Part shown: positions 10,600 to 21,076 of the stretch, piece after piece | Layout: each line of letters starts with the position of its first letter | Position numbering within the stretch: the stretch's first letter is position 1 | NCBI GenBank assembly: GCA_028280785.1 | Contig: JANQLF010000122.1 | Span: 23,627-87,626, forward strand | Origin: Planctomycetota bacterium | GTDB lineage: Bacteria; Planctomycetota; UBA11346 | DNA: 64,000 nucleotides | Reading direction: 5' to 3' | Position numbers and translations under genes: made by a program | The notes under the pieces: generated by a model | Database searches by the model: none | What the model saw: the letters and a program-made list of their open reading frames with translations, nothing else | What the model was told of the DNA's origin: nothing

Positions 10600-11133
10600 G
10601 TGAGAACGTCAGTGAATATTATAGATTACAACCAGCCTGATATATTCTCGGTTGAAACAATTCAAAGAGAATACATTCAACTGTGCAAGCAATATGGGAT
10701 AAAAGAACCCCTGCCACTTGAGCCAGAAATTTGGGAGGAAGGTGATCGAAGGTGGATTTATTCTATCTGGGATGAAGTGATAAAGGGTATTGAATCAGAT
10801 GATCTAGCTTGCATTGATCTAAGTCTTAAGTGTTTGGAATATATGAAACCGATTCCCTTTGGTAGAATAACACGAAGCCGTATCGCAAGAAGTCTCAAAC
10901 GAGCCAATCTGAATATGGCGCAAAAGTCAAGAATAAGAAAGTTATGTAAAATAAAGTTAGATTCAGGTCGATTGGGAACGGAATTTAAAGATTATAGCCG
11001 ATTATTAGTTAAAGTTGGTTTTGCTGATATGGTTTTAGATTTTACTGATATCGATAAGGATGATCCTGACTATGTCGTTAAATATAAGAAATATTTTCAA
11101 TTGAAGTATGAAGAAACTAATTGTGTTGAGTGA
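10600..11133 (+). CDS. Hypothetical protein (AT-rich)
   Basis: 177-aa ORF co-oriented with neighbours. Confidence 0.65.
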   Translation: MRTSVNIIDYNQPDIFSVETIQREYIQLCKQYGIKEPLPLEPEIWEEGDRRWIYSIWDEVIKGIESDDLACIDLSLKCLEYMKPIPFGRITRSRIARSLKRANLNMAQKSRIRKLCKIKLDSGRLGTEFKDYSRLLVKVGFADMVLDFTDIDKDDPDYVVKYKKYFQLKYEETNCVE

Positions 11134-11136
11134 CAT

Positions 11137-11637
11137 ATGATAGACCCAGAATTAATGAATAAAATCAATGCACATGTCGGAATTGTACATGTCCACATAC
11201 TTGAAACCTCTAGTGTTTTATTGGTTGAGATAGTAGATGAGGTGGCTTATGTCATTGGAGCAAGTGATTATAGTTATGAGGATGAGGATAATTTAAAGTT
11301 TATACTGAACATAGAACGTATCAAAGTTGACATTGTCGATAAACAAGATTTAGAATTTTACAGGTCGTTTGCACTGAGTCGTGATTCTGACGGCTTCTAT
11401 GAGCATGTAATTCAATGCGAAAAGAAATTTAAATTTAAATGTCCAAATGACTGGTATGCAATGGACGAAACAAATAACGCAAGAATCCGTCATTGCCAGG
11501 AATGCGATAAGGACGTGTATTTCTGTGTGGATGCCGCCGAAATTCTTAAGGCTAAAACAGAAGGTCTGTGTGTTGGCTTTGTCGAGAAGGATGAAGAAGG
11601 TAGTGATATAACTTTAGGGTTGTTGCAACCGGACTAA
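11137..11637 (+). CDS. Hypothetical protein with C-terminal Cys-rich putative Zn-binding domain
   Basis: FKFKCPNDW...RIRHCQECDKDVYFC...GLCV. Confidence 0.7.
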   Translation: MIDPELMNKINAHVGIVHVHILETSSVLLVEIVDEVAYVIGASDYSYEDEDNLKFILNIERIKVDIVDKQDLEFYRSFALSRDSDGFYEHVIQCEKKFKFKCPNDWYAMDETNNARIRHCQECDKDVYFCVDAAEILKAKTEGLCVGFVEKDEEGSDITLGLLQPD

Positions 11638-11673
11638 TTCAGCTGCATCACTGACATAAAAATCAACACTATT

Positions 11674-11955
11674 TTGGAACAGTTGACTACGATCTCAGCA
11701 AAGTATCACTGCTATCGAAAGTCTGATGAAGCAATGAAGATACGTCCACCATCCCTCGGCATGTTTGCTGCCCTGACCTGCATTTTCGCCCTGATCTCGA
11801 TCACTGGCGTCATGCTCTACTTCACCACTGGTAGTGTCGAAGGTCTTTATATTGGCGGCGGAGCCTCCGCCTTCATCTTCATAGGTAGCTTTTTCGCCAT
11901 ATTCCTATCCTTCATGCTGCTTGCTAAGGGCATCATCAAGAAGGGCAAATCTTAA
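11674..11955 (+). CDS. Small hypothetical membrane protein (2 TM)
   Basis: Two hydrophobic segments; the true start may be a downstream ATG (MKIRPP). Confidence 0.55.
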   Translation: MEQLTTISAKYHCYRKSDEAMKIRPPSLGMFAALTCIFALISITGVMLYFTTGSVEGLYIGGGASAFIFIGSFFAIFLSFMLLAKGIIKKGKS

Positions 11956-11975
11956 AGAAAACGCCCTTAAGCCCC

Positions 11976-12004
11976 TTGACTGGCACCACTTACAAATAGA
12001 TACT
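11976..12004 (+). promoter_or_regulatory. Candidate sigma70 promoter for tRNA-Gly
   Basis: TTGACT-17 nt-GATACT about 40 nt upstream of the tRNA. Confidence 0.45.
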
Positions 12005-12043
12005 GGACAAAGCCAAACACGGCACAACATGTGCCGCCCCGAT

Positions 12044-12120
12044 GCGGGTGTAGCTCAGTTGGCTAGAGCGACAGCTTGCCATGCTGTAGGTCGTGAGTTC
12101 GAGTCTCATCACCCGCTCCA
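12044..12120 (+). tRNA. tRNA-Gly(GCC)
   Basis: GCGGGTG/CACCCGC acceptor stem, D arm, ACAGC-TTGCCAT-GCTGT anticodon arm, GTTCGAG T loop, discriminator T plus encoded CCA. Confidence 0.97.
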
Positions 12121-12122
12121 AA
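12075..12122 (+). repeat. attL (3' part of tRNA-Gly)
   Basis: CTTGCCATGCTGTAGGTCGTGAGTTCGAGTCTCATCACCCGCTCCAAA. Confidence 0.95.
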
Positions 12123-12123
12123 C

Positions 12124-12160
12124 GAAAACCCCGTGAGGTATTAACCTTGCGGGGTTTTCT
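12124..12160 (+). terminator. Island-supplied intrinsic terminator after tRNA-Gly
   Basis: GAAAACCCCGTGAGG-TATTAA-CCTTGCGGGGTTTTC followed by a T-rich tract. Confidence 0.8.
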
Positions 12161-12237
12161 CTTGCTTTAAATTATGGGCCTAAGAAACGTCAGTTGAAAC
12201 GCTGTTGAAAGGTAATTCACTTTAGGGCATCAAGCGA

Positions 12238-12789
12238 ATGGTCACACGCGATACACTCAACGAAAACAAACAAAACAGATACTTGGGAAAACAGCATACC
12301 ATATCGGATAATTTTCTGGTCACTCAAGAACACGATGACTACACATGCTGGGCAGCCTGCATTGCTATGGCAACAATTTGGCACAACGACCCGAAGACTA
12401 TAGATTCAATAGTTGAAGAATTGATGCCCGGTGTGGATAAGAAGTCACCCAAAGCCGCTGTAAATAATTTGGATTTCACATTCGCAACACAAGAAATTAA
12501 ATGCCCTAACAACACCACCTTAACATTTACTCCAATATTAAATACAACCCCAAGCATCGAAGAAATAAAAAAGGGAATTATAAATGGGCCCTACCTGCTT
12601 TGGCTGAAGAGTCAGGATCATACCTCAAATATGGGCCACATTGTATTGGGAGTCGGGGTTTGGCATGTACCAGAGACAGACAGTATACTTGCGTGGTCTG
12701 TTTTAGACCCTAACAATAATTACAATATCCTCGTCAAAAAGCCTGGAATTAATGACATCCACCAGATAAGACAAATAGTCAGGATATAA
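12238..12789 (+). CDS. Papain-fold (C39-like) cysteine peptidase
   Basis: Q...CWAACIAMA, GHIVLGVG and VLDP give an intact-looking Cys-His-Asp triad. Confidence 0.75.
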   Translation: MVTRDTLNENKQNRYLGKQHTISDNFLVTQEHDDYTCWAACIAMATIWHNDPKTIDSIVEELMPGVDKKSPKAAVNNLDFTFATQEIKCPNNTTLTFTPILNTTPSIEEIKKGIINGPYLLWLKSQDHTSNMGHIVLGVGVWHVPETDSILAWSVLDPNNNYNILVKKPGINDIHQIRQIVRI

Positions 12790-12790
12790 A

Positions 12791-13390
12791 ATGACCGTAT
12801 TCCTAAGCCATAACAGTAAAGATAAACCAACTGTTAGATCAGTTGCCACACAACTACAGCTAATGAAAATAAACGTGTGGCTTGATGAATGGAATCTACA
12901 ACCTGGCGACATGTTAACGATGAGCATATCGGATGCATTGGATAACTGCGATACAATTTTAGTATTCTGGTCAGAGAGCGCCGCCCAAAGTAATTGGGTC
13001 AATGCCGAAATAAATTCTGCCATTACACAATCCATAACGCATGGAAAAAAAGTGATACCTATTATTCTAGACTCAACTCCGCTACCGGCCCTTCTATCTG
13101 GAATAGTTTATATTAACGGAACGAACCTAAATACACTCCCAATGAACTGTATATCTGCAATAACAGGTATTACGAAAAGAAGTGACCAACTAATGGCCAT
13201 GCAGGATGAATTGGCAAATATCGGCGATTTACATTACAATCCACTCATAGGTAATTTTTTTGTCTGCCCCAACTGCGGCGGAAATGCTAGCGACCTTCAC
13301 TCATCTAGCGCACTCGACGAAGAGCACGATAGAATGTATGGCATCGTTAAATGTAGTAATTGCGGTTATCAAGAAGTCAGCGAAATATAA
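12791..13390 (+). CDS. TIR-domain protein with C-terminal zinc ribbon
   Basis: VFLSHNSKDK, VWLDEWNLQPGD, SNWVNAE (catalytic Glu), VIPIILD; CPNC...CSNC. Confidence 0.9.
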   Translation: MTVFLSHNSKDKPTVRSVATQLQLMKINVWLDEWNLQPGDMLTMSISDALDNCDTILVFWSESAAQSNWVNAEINSAITQSITHGKKVIPIILDSTPLPALLSGIVYINGTNLNTLPMNCISAITGITKRSDQLMAMQDELANIGDLHYNPLIGNFFVCPNCGGNASDLHSSSALDEEHDRMYGIVKCSNCGYQEVSEI

Positions 13391-13488
13391 TATTACAAGA
13401 GAACATATCACACGTGTATTTTCTCTTGCTAACTGTGTAAATTGTTGGCCTGCGCCGTCCACTAAAATGAACGCTTCATGGGACAGCG

Positions 13489-13800
13489 ATGACAATTACT
13501 ACCGACATTACATTTCGTGAAATAAGTGAAGATGAGTGGGAAATTTTCACAGGCGCACAATCATGGAACGATGAAGAACCTTTAATATCAGAAGGTCATC
13601 TAAATGACCATACGCCTTATTTCATGCTGCTAGATCGCAACGGTGGTTGTATTTTATTATATGACTCACAGGACCAACAGGGATGCCTGCAACTAAATCT
13701 AGAGTTTGCACACCAGGCTGAAGCCAGGGCCTTTATTTATGATAATATTCAAAGGCTCACTCTCGAATGTTTTATCAACGCTGGATTCATGGAGGTTTAA
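13489..13800 (+). CDS. Small acidic hypothetical protein upstream of integrase 1
   Basis: 103-aa ORF whose end contains the integrase RBS. Confidence 0.65.
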   Translation: MTITTDITFREISEDEWEIFTGAQSWNDEEPLISEGHLNDHTPYFMLLDRNGGCILLYDSQDQQGCLQLNLEFAHQAEARAFIYDNIQRLTLECFINAGFMEV

Positions 13801-13802
13801 TC

Positions 13803-14948
13803 ATGGGGAAAATAAAAAGCCGCCATGTTCGTTACTGCTCTGTAGTAGACATCCACAAGGCCAAGAAAAAGTCTGGGAAAAAGAACTGGAATATAGGTAA
13901 GAGGTGGCTTGGGCGCGTTCAGATTATTGGCACAAAGAAGTATAGGACCAAAGCGTTTGATGAGGAAGTACAGGCTTGGGAATGGGCAGAGGACTTACTC
14001 GCTAAAATTAAAAGCGGCGCGGACCATGGCAAGAAATGCACAATTTCAGCTATCAAAGATGAATACCTTGCACACCTAAAGGGCATGAACTGCTCGCCCG
14101 GTCATATTAGTCAATGTGAAATGGTTTTAGGTCTTGCCATAAAAAATGGAATAAATGACCTACGACACGACCATATTGCATCTAAAGTTGAAACCTTCAT
14201 CCATAACCTCAAAGCACAAACCAGAAGCAAAGACGGAACGATACGGCGCAGAACAAAGTTAACATTATCTGCACGCACTAAAAATTGTTACCTCAATCAT
14301 TTGCTTGCACTGGTTTCTTTTGCTCACAAGCGCCGATATTTACCGATTGATCCACTCCACGGTATTGTGTCAAAGGTTAAGGGGCCATCAAAAATCAAAC
14401 CGACTTTTACGTTTAAAGAAATCCATCTAATACTTTCTGATCCTAATTACTCAGAGCCTATGATGATACCATTTGCATTTACCATTTATTCGGGCTTGAG
14501 AATTAGTGAGGCTATGCATGTCGAGTGGCAGGATATAGATTGGAAGGAGGGACAGATAAAGATTCGAGTGAAATCTGAATACAGACTCAAGGGTCAAAAA
14601 GAGCGCGTTGTGCTGCTACCCTTGGAATTAGCCAATTTACTACGCCCTATTGCCAAACCGCACGGGTGGATTGTTGATGATCATTTACGGACACATAAAT
14701 CCGTATGGCGGCACTACTTCATTAGACTATTGAAGAATAATGACATCGAACTTGATGGCCGCAGCCCCCATAGTGGAAGGCATACCTGGGCCTGCATATG
14801 TTCCGCTAATGGAATGGATTCTTTTGAACTGAAAACATTGGCTGGCCATGCATCACTCCAAACTACTTGGGGGTACTGTCAGAATGTTAATCATTACAGA
14901 TTTGCAATAAAAGAAAAATCTATGAGTCTGTCATCAAATGTTGGATAA
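13803..14948 (+). CDS. Tyrosine recombinase/integrase 1
   Basis: SGLRISE, K, HSGRH, LAGH, TTWGY catalytic set; ATG at 13803 after GGAGG. Confidence 0.93.
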   Translation: MGKIKSRHVRYCSVVDIHKAKKKSGKKNWNIGKRWLGRVQIIGTKKYRTKAFDEEVQAWEWAEDLLAKIKSGADHGKKCTISAIKDEYLAHLKGMNCSPGHISQCEMVLGLAIKNGINDLRHDHIASKVETFIHNLKAQTRSKDGTIRRRTKLTLSARTKNCYLNHLLALVSFAHKRRYLPIDPLHGIVSKVKGPSKIKPTFTFKEIHLILSDPNYSEPMMIPFAFTIYSGLRISEAMHVEWQDIDWKEGQIKIRVKSEYRLKGQKERVVLLPLELANLLRPIAKPHGWIVDDHLRTHKSVWRHYFIRLLKNNDIELDGRSPHSGRHTWACICSANGMDSFELKTLAGHASLQTTWGYCQNVNHYRFAIKEKSMSLSSNVG

Positions 14949-14955
14949 ATAACAC

Positions 14956-17688
14956 TTAATCAAACTCCATCTTATCGCCATCAGGCTTCGAAGAATATCT
15001 CCAGCCACGTTGCGCAAACGCCTCCTTACCACCCTCTAGCTTAAGAAGAGACTCTCTATTCTCTATATTCTCAATAGCAAATTGTTGCACATTCGTAATG
15101 CCGTTCTCCAGAGAATTTAGAGAAATAACGAGGTCAGCGTCGCCATTTATTACAAAATTAGCATTATGCGTTGCAAATATTATCTGCCTCCGCGATTTTT
15201 GTCGTTTTATTAGGTCAGTCAAATACTCTGCAATTAACGCACTGTCCAGATGTGCCTCCGGCTCATCTATAATCAATGGGTGATTGCCAATACTTAACAA
15301 AATAACTAAAACTGCAGTGCATCTTTGACCAAATGAACAAGTTTCGATTGGTTTGTCTCCATACTCTATATTAACAGATCTGATGCTCTTTATTGAGCAG
15401 AGGCGCTTCATGTACATCAATCTTAAAATTTGAATATTATTTGAGTCTCTCAGGTATTCCTTTAATAAATTAACCGTCTTACCTTCGGGTATTCCATCAA
15501 ATAACGCATCAAATACATCATCATCACTTCCCTCAGCCCATATCTTACCATTTAATTGTTCAATACAGCGCCGCACTTTGTCTGCCCTTAAATTACTCTC
15601 TTCGTACTGTTGGTTCATCAAATCAATCAACTCTGATGCAAGACTCGAATGAGCATAGCCAAAAAGCAAACCGGGCTTAATTACTATTGACTTTACATGG
15701 GGAGACGTCGCTTTTAACAGATCGTTCAAGTCGTCAATTATCGGAATAGAATGCTCCATATAACTCGATAACAATTGATCTGGGGGAGGATTATTATCGA
15801 TATACTCTTTATGTTCCGAAATTTCTTCATTGATATTCGCCAGAGACTGCTTCAGCTCAAGAATATCTTCATTGGCCTTGTTCAAATCAAGTGCATTCTG
15901 GGGCTCCACTCCCTTTTCTGCCAAAAACACTTCTAACTTCTCCCTCTCAGTTGCAATGTCTGCCTCGACACTCAAAGACTTTTTCTGCAAATCTGCAAGG
16001 ATTCGTGTAGTAGGTGATGATTTCCTTATTTCACCATATTGAACTATAACCCCGTCCAACCATTCTTTAGCATCTTCATCTTTTGGTTTTTTAATGCTCT
16101 CTAATGAATGAATTGCCTCAGCTAAAATTGATTCGGCGTTTTCTATGATAGCAATGTCTGACTTATATTCGGACAGCGTTCCTGCGAGCTCACTAATTTT
16201 ATCATTAATCTCCTTATGGGCTGGATCATTCAATGAAGATACAATGCGCTCTAAAGAACCGATTCTTTTTTCTACATTGGCTCTTTCTTTAATTAGACTC
16301 GCGTATTTTCGCATTGAACCCACTAAACTGTCGATCGTATCCCCATTAGCCTCGGCCTCATTGATTATTCCCATCAGCTTATTGCTTGAGTCCAACTGTG
16401 TAATTCTATTGTATATTGCACTCGACAACTCTCGCCCATTAATAGCGTAACCTTCGACCTTATCTTGGGGTAAATATTCCGCTGAATCTGGTGGCGTTCC
16501 ATCATTCAGGCTACAAAAGTCAGACGGCGAGAAAACTTGGCCATTATCATCATGCAAAACACAGCCATCCAAAAAACCAGCTGGTTTTCCCATTCCTGCA
16601 TTAATCAACTGCAACAATGTGCTTTTTCCTGATCCTCGACCTCCAACAACACATGTGTAGGACGGAGAAAATGATATTAATCCTACGCCATTAAAGCAAA
16701 AAGGATAAGTCGATTCTATCTGACCGGCCTTGGACTCAACTGATAATTCAGGGTTAGATAGCGTCAATTTATTTATTACATGTATTGGAGTCTGCGGGGC
16801 ATATTGACCAATGTGCACCCTATACTGAGGTTCATACTTAATCTGCTTTAAACCCTCGAATGTTAATTCAGACTTGATCCAACACTTTCGATCCTTATGT
16901 GGACAAAAAACTTTTTCTAAGTTGTGGGCATCAGAGCCCTTAATGCAGGGCAGCAGCTTTCCGTATCTTTGTTTTATATATTCCTCATCTTTATCCTCGC
17001 TTAAACCCAGGAAATATTCTACATCCTTTGGCCTACCGCTGTCGATGAAATCCACAAAACCATATAAAAAGTCTCTTAATGATTGGAAGGAACCCGCGCT
17101 CAAACCTCCAAGACCATCTTTCGAATTATTGGGAATGCCAAGCAATACATTTTTACGAATTTTTGGATTATCATTAAAAAAATCCATAAGCCTAGTGTAC
17201 GAAACCTTAAACTGACTTATGCCCAGCTCATACGCTTCGTTCTCGCTCAACTCAGAAGAAGAGGCCTGTTGTCCTAGCTTAATTAAATCGTTTCGAGTAC
17301 AAAAATATTCTCCGAATTTCATACTCGGGAAAAATACTCGTTCAAAATCCTCTAAAATATCTGGATTCACCAAAATATGAAAATTAACAGGGTTCCCGTC
17401 TTCCGTCTGAATATCCAGTCGAAGCTCAAGATTGGGTAAATGAAATTCGATATCGTTTGCTCGCCCCTGATCATGAAAATTTTTGAATTTCCTGTAATTA
17501 TCAAAAGAGTAGTAGTCAGTTATTGCAATGGCCTTCACTTCTGGATAGGATTCAATTTTATCCAGATAGGCGCCCCATTTATTACCTGCATCAGATCCAG
17601 CAAACTGATCATTCAGTGCAGTATCTGGGCTGTGTATATGCAAATCCCATCTATTCCAAACAGACCCAATGCAATTTTGCTCACTCAT
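14956..17688 (-). CDS. PHP-domain + ABC-type ATPase (TrlF family, Ppl-like anti-phage protein)
   Basis: WDLHIHSP, ITDY, GSDAH (PHP); GGRGSGKS, coiled coil, SFGQR, IIDEPEAHLD, ATHNAN, LEGG..AF. Confidence 0.9.
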   Translation of the reverse strand: MSEQNCIGSVWNRWDLHIHSPDTALNDQFAGSDAGNKWGAYLDKIESYPEVKAIAITDYYSFDNYRKFKNFHDQGRANDIEFHLPNLELRLDIQTEDGNPVNFHILVNPDILEDFERVFFPSMKFGEYFCTRNDLIKLGQQASSSELSENEAYELGISQFKVSYTRLMDFFNDNPKIRKNVLLGIPNNSKDGLGGLSAGSFQSLRDFLYGFVDFIDSGRPKDVEYFLGLSEDKDEEYIKQRYGKLLPCIKGSDAHNLEKVFCPHKDRKCWIKSELTFEGLKQIKYEPQYRVHIGQYAPQTPIHVINKLTLSNPELSVESKAGQIESTYPFCFNGVGLISFSPSYTCVVGGRGSGKSTLLQLINAGMGKPAGFLDGCVLHDDNGQVFSPSDFCSLNDGTPPDSAEYLPQDKVEGYAINGRELSSAIYNRITQLDSSNKLMGIINEAEANGDTIDSLVGSMRKYASLIKERANVEKRIGSLERIVSSLNDPAHKEINDKISELAGTLSEYKSDIAIIENAESILAEAIHSLESIKKPKDEDAKEWLDGVIVQYGEIRKSSPTTRILADLQKKSLSVEADIATEREKLEVFLAEKGVEPQNALDLNKANEDILELKQSLANINEEISEHKEYIDNNPPPDQLLSSYMEHSIPIIDDLNDLLKATSPHVKSIVIKPGLLFGYAHSSLASELIDLMNQQYEESNLRADKVRRCIEQLNGKIWAEGSDDDVFDALFDGIPEGKTVNLLKEYLRDSNNIQILRLMYMKRLCSIKSIRSVNIEYGDKPIETCSFGQRCTAVLVILLSIGNHPLIIDEPEAHLDSALIAEYLTDLIKRQKSRRQIIFATHNANFVINGDADLVISLNSLENGITNVQQFAIENIENRESLLKLEGGKEAFAQRGWRYSSKPDGDKMEFD

Positions 17689-17847
17689 GCCTAACTCGGT
17701 ACACTCCCTGCCTAATAAGCAGGGAGTCTAACACATGCAAATTAAACTTAAAGCCCGTAAGGAACGGCACTTGAAGCTCAACACCTTATGAGAACAAGCT
17801 CCAATTAACACGAGGGTTAACACAAGGACACTGTTTGTGGCCCTTAA

Positions 17848-18213
17848 CTATCTTCGAGCAATTAGTGCTATGATGGCAGCAATGCCTACCACGACCAAGC
17901 CCTTCTTGATCAAATCAGAGGTCTTCGCATCAGATCGAATCTCTACATCGTTTTTTAGGAGATTGGTCCTGGCAGTTTCCGCATCCTTGAACACCTGAGA
18001 AGGCATAACCCCTAGTCCATAACATAGTTTATCTAACAGATCTACGGATACGCTTACATCGCCCTTCTCAGCCCTAGATATCGTTGACTGAGGAATGCCC
18101 GTTTTTTCAGAGAGATCTTTTTGCTCAATACCCTTGGTGGTCCTGTAATGCCTCAATATTGCGCCGACCACTGCTGGGAAGGTGGTGACATTCACCATTT
18201 TTTCATTTGACAT
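17848..18213 (-). CDS. XRE-family HTH regulator with hydrophobic C-terminal tail
   Basis: QKDLSEKTGIPQSTISRAEKG; tail GLVVVGIAAIIALIARR; AGGAG RBS. Confidence 0.88.
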   Translation of the reverse strand: MSNEKMVNVTTFPAVVGAILRHYRTTKGIEQKDLSEKTGIPQSTISRAEKGDVSVSVDLLDKLCYGLGVMPSQVFKDAETARTNLLKNDVEIRSDAKTSDLIKKGLVVVGIAAIIALIARR

Positions 18214-18266
18214 ATATGCTTCTCCTGCATATTAGGTTTTCAGCCATACACGCTCAAGGAGCAATT

Positions 18267-18692
18267 ATGCTAGATAATGGCAATTCACCAAGTCCAATAG
18301 ATGACCCGAGGGGCATTCCTGCAGGTACACCAATTTACCTCAATGTGGGGTTTTATAGACATATCGGCATCGTCTCGGATAGGAAAATGCACGGCAAGCC
18401 CATGGTCCTTGAGAAGTCCTTGAAGCGTGGTCGAGCCATGGAAGTCACATGGGATACATTCAGTAATGGTCAACCCATTTATCGATATGACATTCAGTCC
18501 AATACAAATGCCCAAAACGCAATAAGAAACGCGAGATCAAAGCTTGGTGAAACCTGGACACCTTGGAATAACTGCGAGCACTTTGTAAGAGAGTCACTTT
18601 GCGTTGACTCAAGCAGTCCCCAACTACAAACAACTGCGATCTTCACAGGTTTATCCGCGATTCTCTTACTGATATCAATAAAAAGTCGATAA
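18267..18692 (+). CDS. LRAT/NC-domain (permuted NlpC/P60) acyltransferase/phospholipase-like protein
   Basis: YRHIGIV and NNCEHFV motifs, hydrophobic C-terminal tail; AAGGAG before ATG 18267. Confidence 0.85.
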   Translation: MLDNGNSPSPIDDPRGIPAGTPIYLNVGFYRHIGIVSDRKMHGKPMVLEKSLKRGRAMEVTWDTFSNGQPIYRYDIQSNTNAQNAIRNARSKLGETWTPWNNCEHFVRESLCVDSSSPQLQTTAIFTGLSAILLLISIKSR

Positions 18693-19005
18693 TTAATCTC
18701 ACGCGTGGGAAATATATTTCGCACCAGAGAAGGGGTCAGACAGTGATGCTAAAGAGGAAACTTTTCGCGTCCATAATTGAAAAGTAATATTATATACACC
18801 ATTCCCCTATGCCTCTAACAACATAAATTATGTAAAACAAACATGAATGAGCAGGATAGTTCATGTAGTAAAAACATGGAATAAATTTCCAGAAATATTT
18901 CACCGAGGTCTTTTCATGCTCCAAAAATATTTCTGCCCGTTTATTAGATTCAGAATGTCACGGGAGCGCTCGTCTGGCGTCGGAGATATATCTCTAAACC
19001 AGATA

Positions 19006-21076
19006 TCATCCCTTGTCGCTAATAATGTGCGGGAGCACATGATAGACCCGCTGCCTTGGCATATCAGGCAGCGACATTTTACGTTGATATTTTCCATCTG
19101 AACTCTTTTTAATATACCCATTTTTTGCCAAGACCTTTGCCACAAATCGAGCATCCATGCCCTTGCAAACATGCTGACGCCATGCGTTGGGTAAAAAATA
19201 ATAATGGTTAAGTTGACGTGGTTCATCCTCACCATCAATTAATGTCTGTACTTTATCAATAAATCCAGTTCTGTTGCGAACAGGAAATCCATCTATTGTC
19301 ACCCTGCCATTAAAACGATTAATAACATTCATTTGAGACGGTGCATTATACTCAATATAAGAACGTATTAATTCGATAGCCTGCTGCTCCTCTCGACTAG
19401 TTGTTGAGCCGCGATTTTCAATCCAGGCATTGGCCACCTTAATCACATTTGTTCTTGCAACACCAGATTTCCATCCAGTGATACCCCATTCACTTGCCTT
19501 TTCACCTGCAAATGCAACTTGTGCAAAGCGTTCTAACACGCGAACAATTTGTCCGTCAGAATCCTTTGGCAAAACTTCTTTAAGGAAAATGGCCTTAAAC
19601 TCTTGCCATTCTTCTGGCAGTTCGTCCTGCCAATGCACTGCCTGTGCTATAAACTGTCTACCCGCATAACCAGTGTTTTCCTTGGCCAGCTTTCGAATTT
19701 CATCTGAGAATTGTGCTCCACTTTTAGCCATTATGTAAATCCTCCCACACACCGAGCCCACATCCAGCATCTGCAGGGATATCAATAAATCTGGCCTCTT
19801 GACCTGCCTTAACTTGTTTACCTGCTTCTGATAATAGATCAGCTAATGCAATTTCAGAGGATGATAAAACCATAAAATTCCATGTAAAAACTGGTCTGCT
19901 CGTAATAGTTGCTGTCATACGGCGCTTTCCTCTCTCATTGGCAAACATGTACACGGTTTCACCAACTGTACGCGGGACCGCCTGTCCCAACTCATCCAAG
20001 ACAACTAGTCTGTGATTGCTAGAAGCGGCTAACATCTCAAAAGCATTGTCAGTAGAACGCCATGACTGGACCTGTGTTCCATTCACACTTACAGCTAACT
20101 GCAGCAAGACTGTTTTACCTATAGATGAATTACCGCGCAAATTAAAGCACACGGTTGGTAGCTCCAAGAGCGAAGAAAGTGATGCTGCAAAACCAAGGCA
20201 CAAAGCAAAAACAGCGCGGCTATTTCCAATAGATTTTACCGCTAGTTCATTACGCCAGGCTGAATAACTGCCCTTATATTCAACTACATCTGCCATATAG
20301 TCAGATTGAAGAAAAACACGTTCATTCTCATCTTCAGATTTATAAACAACCGTTCCAAGACTATCGCCCATAACATAATGGCCATTATGCCAGCCAGGCT
20401 GACTTACGCTGGTAAAACGTACCTCACTTACGGAATGAAAAACATAGCTAGTCAGCAAATGTATATGCAGTTTTGTGATCGAGTATCTCAATCCACGGTC
20501 TGCTAAGGCTTCCAATAATTGATGCGACTCCTTGGGTATCAGCGATGCTTTTACAGGCAAGTGATGTGTACGACCATCGCCGTCACGCCACCATAGCAAA
20601 ACACCCCAATTAGTGCCGTCCTTTGCACGAGTCTGACCAAGAACTACAAGCGGCGTCGATATCCAGGTACGAATAGTATCTTCTGGTTTTTTATCATTTG
20701 GCTTTAAATACCAGACTCCATGTTGATCAATTTCAAAAAAACCAATTTGTGGTATGTCACGAATCATTGGCAAGACAGGATCAAATTGGATTAATTGGTC
20801 TATGATTTCGGGTTCTGACAATTCGCTATTTTCTTGTTCAATGCAATGATCCTCTGCTAGATCATCATAATCAGGATCAGCAGTAGGGTCATTGTCGTCA
20901 TATGTAATGAGCGTATCGGTCTGCTCTTTACCTTCAGGTACCAGTGTTGTTTCAGTGCGATGTTCAGTCTTTTGGGGCTCCTCATTATCAAACCCAAGCT
21001 CTTCTGCTAGATCATTTATGATATCACTGTGAGACTTACTTTCTGGGTCATCATAGTCATCATCGAAATCTGACAT
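19006..21076 (-). pseudogene. DUF927 (Cch-like) replication helicase split by a frameshift near 19730
   Basis: PGWH, Walker A GNSSIGKT, WRSTDN, LDELGQ, GQEARFIDIP...EDLH in one frame; SGAQFSD...GYAG...RFA continues in the next frame. Confidence 0.85.

Noticed and set aside
18700..19005. AAATATTTC-like repeats downstream of DUF927 as iterons
   Set aside because: Short, degenerate, irregularly spaced and AT-rich.
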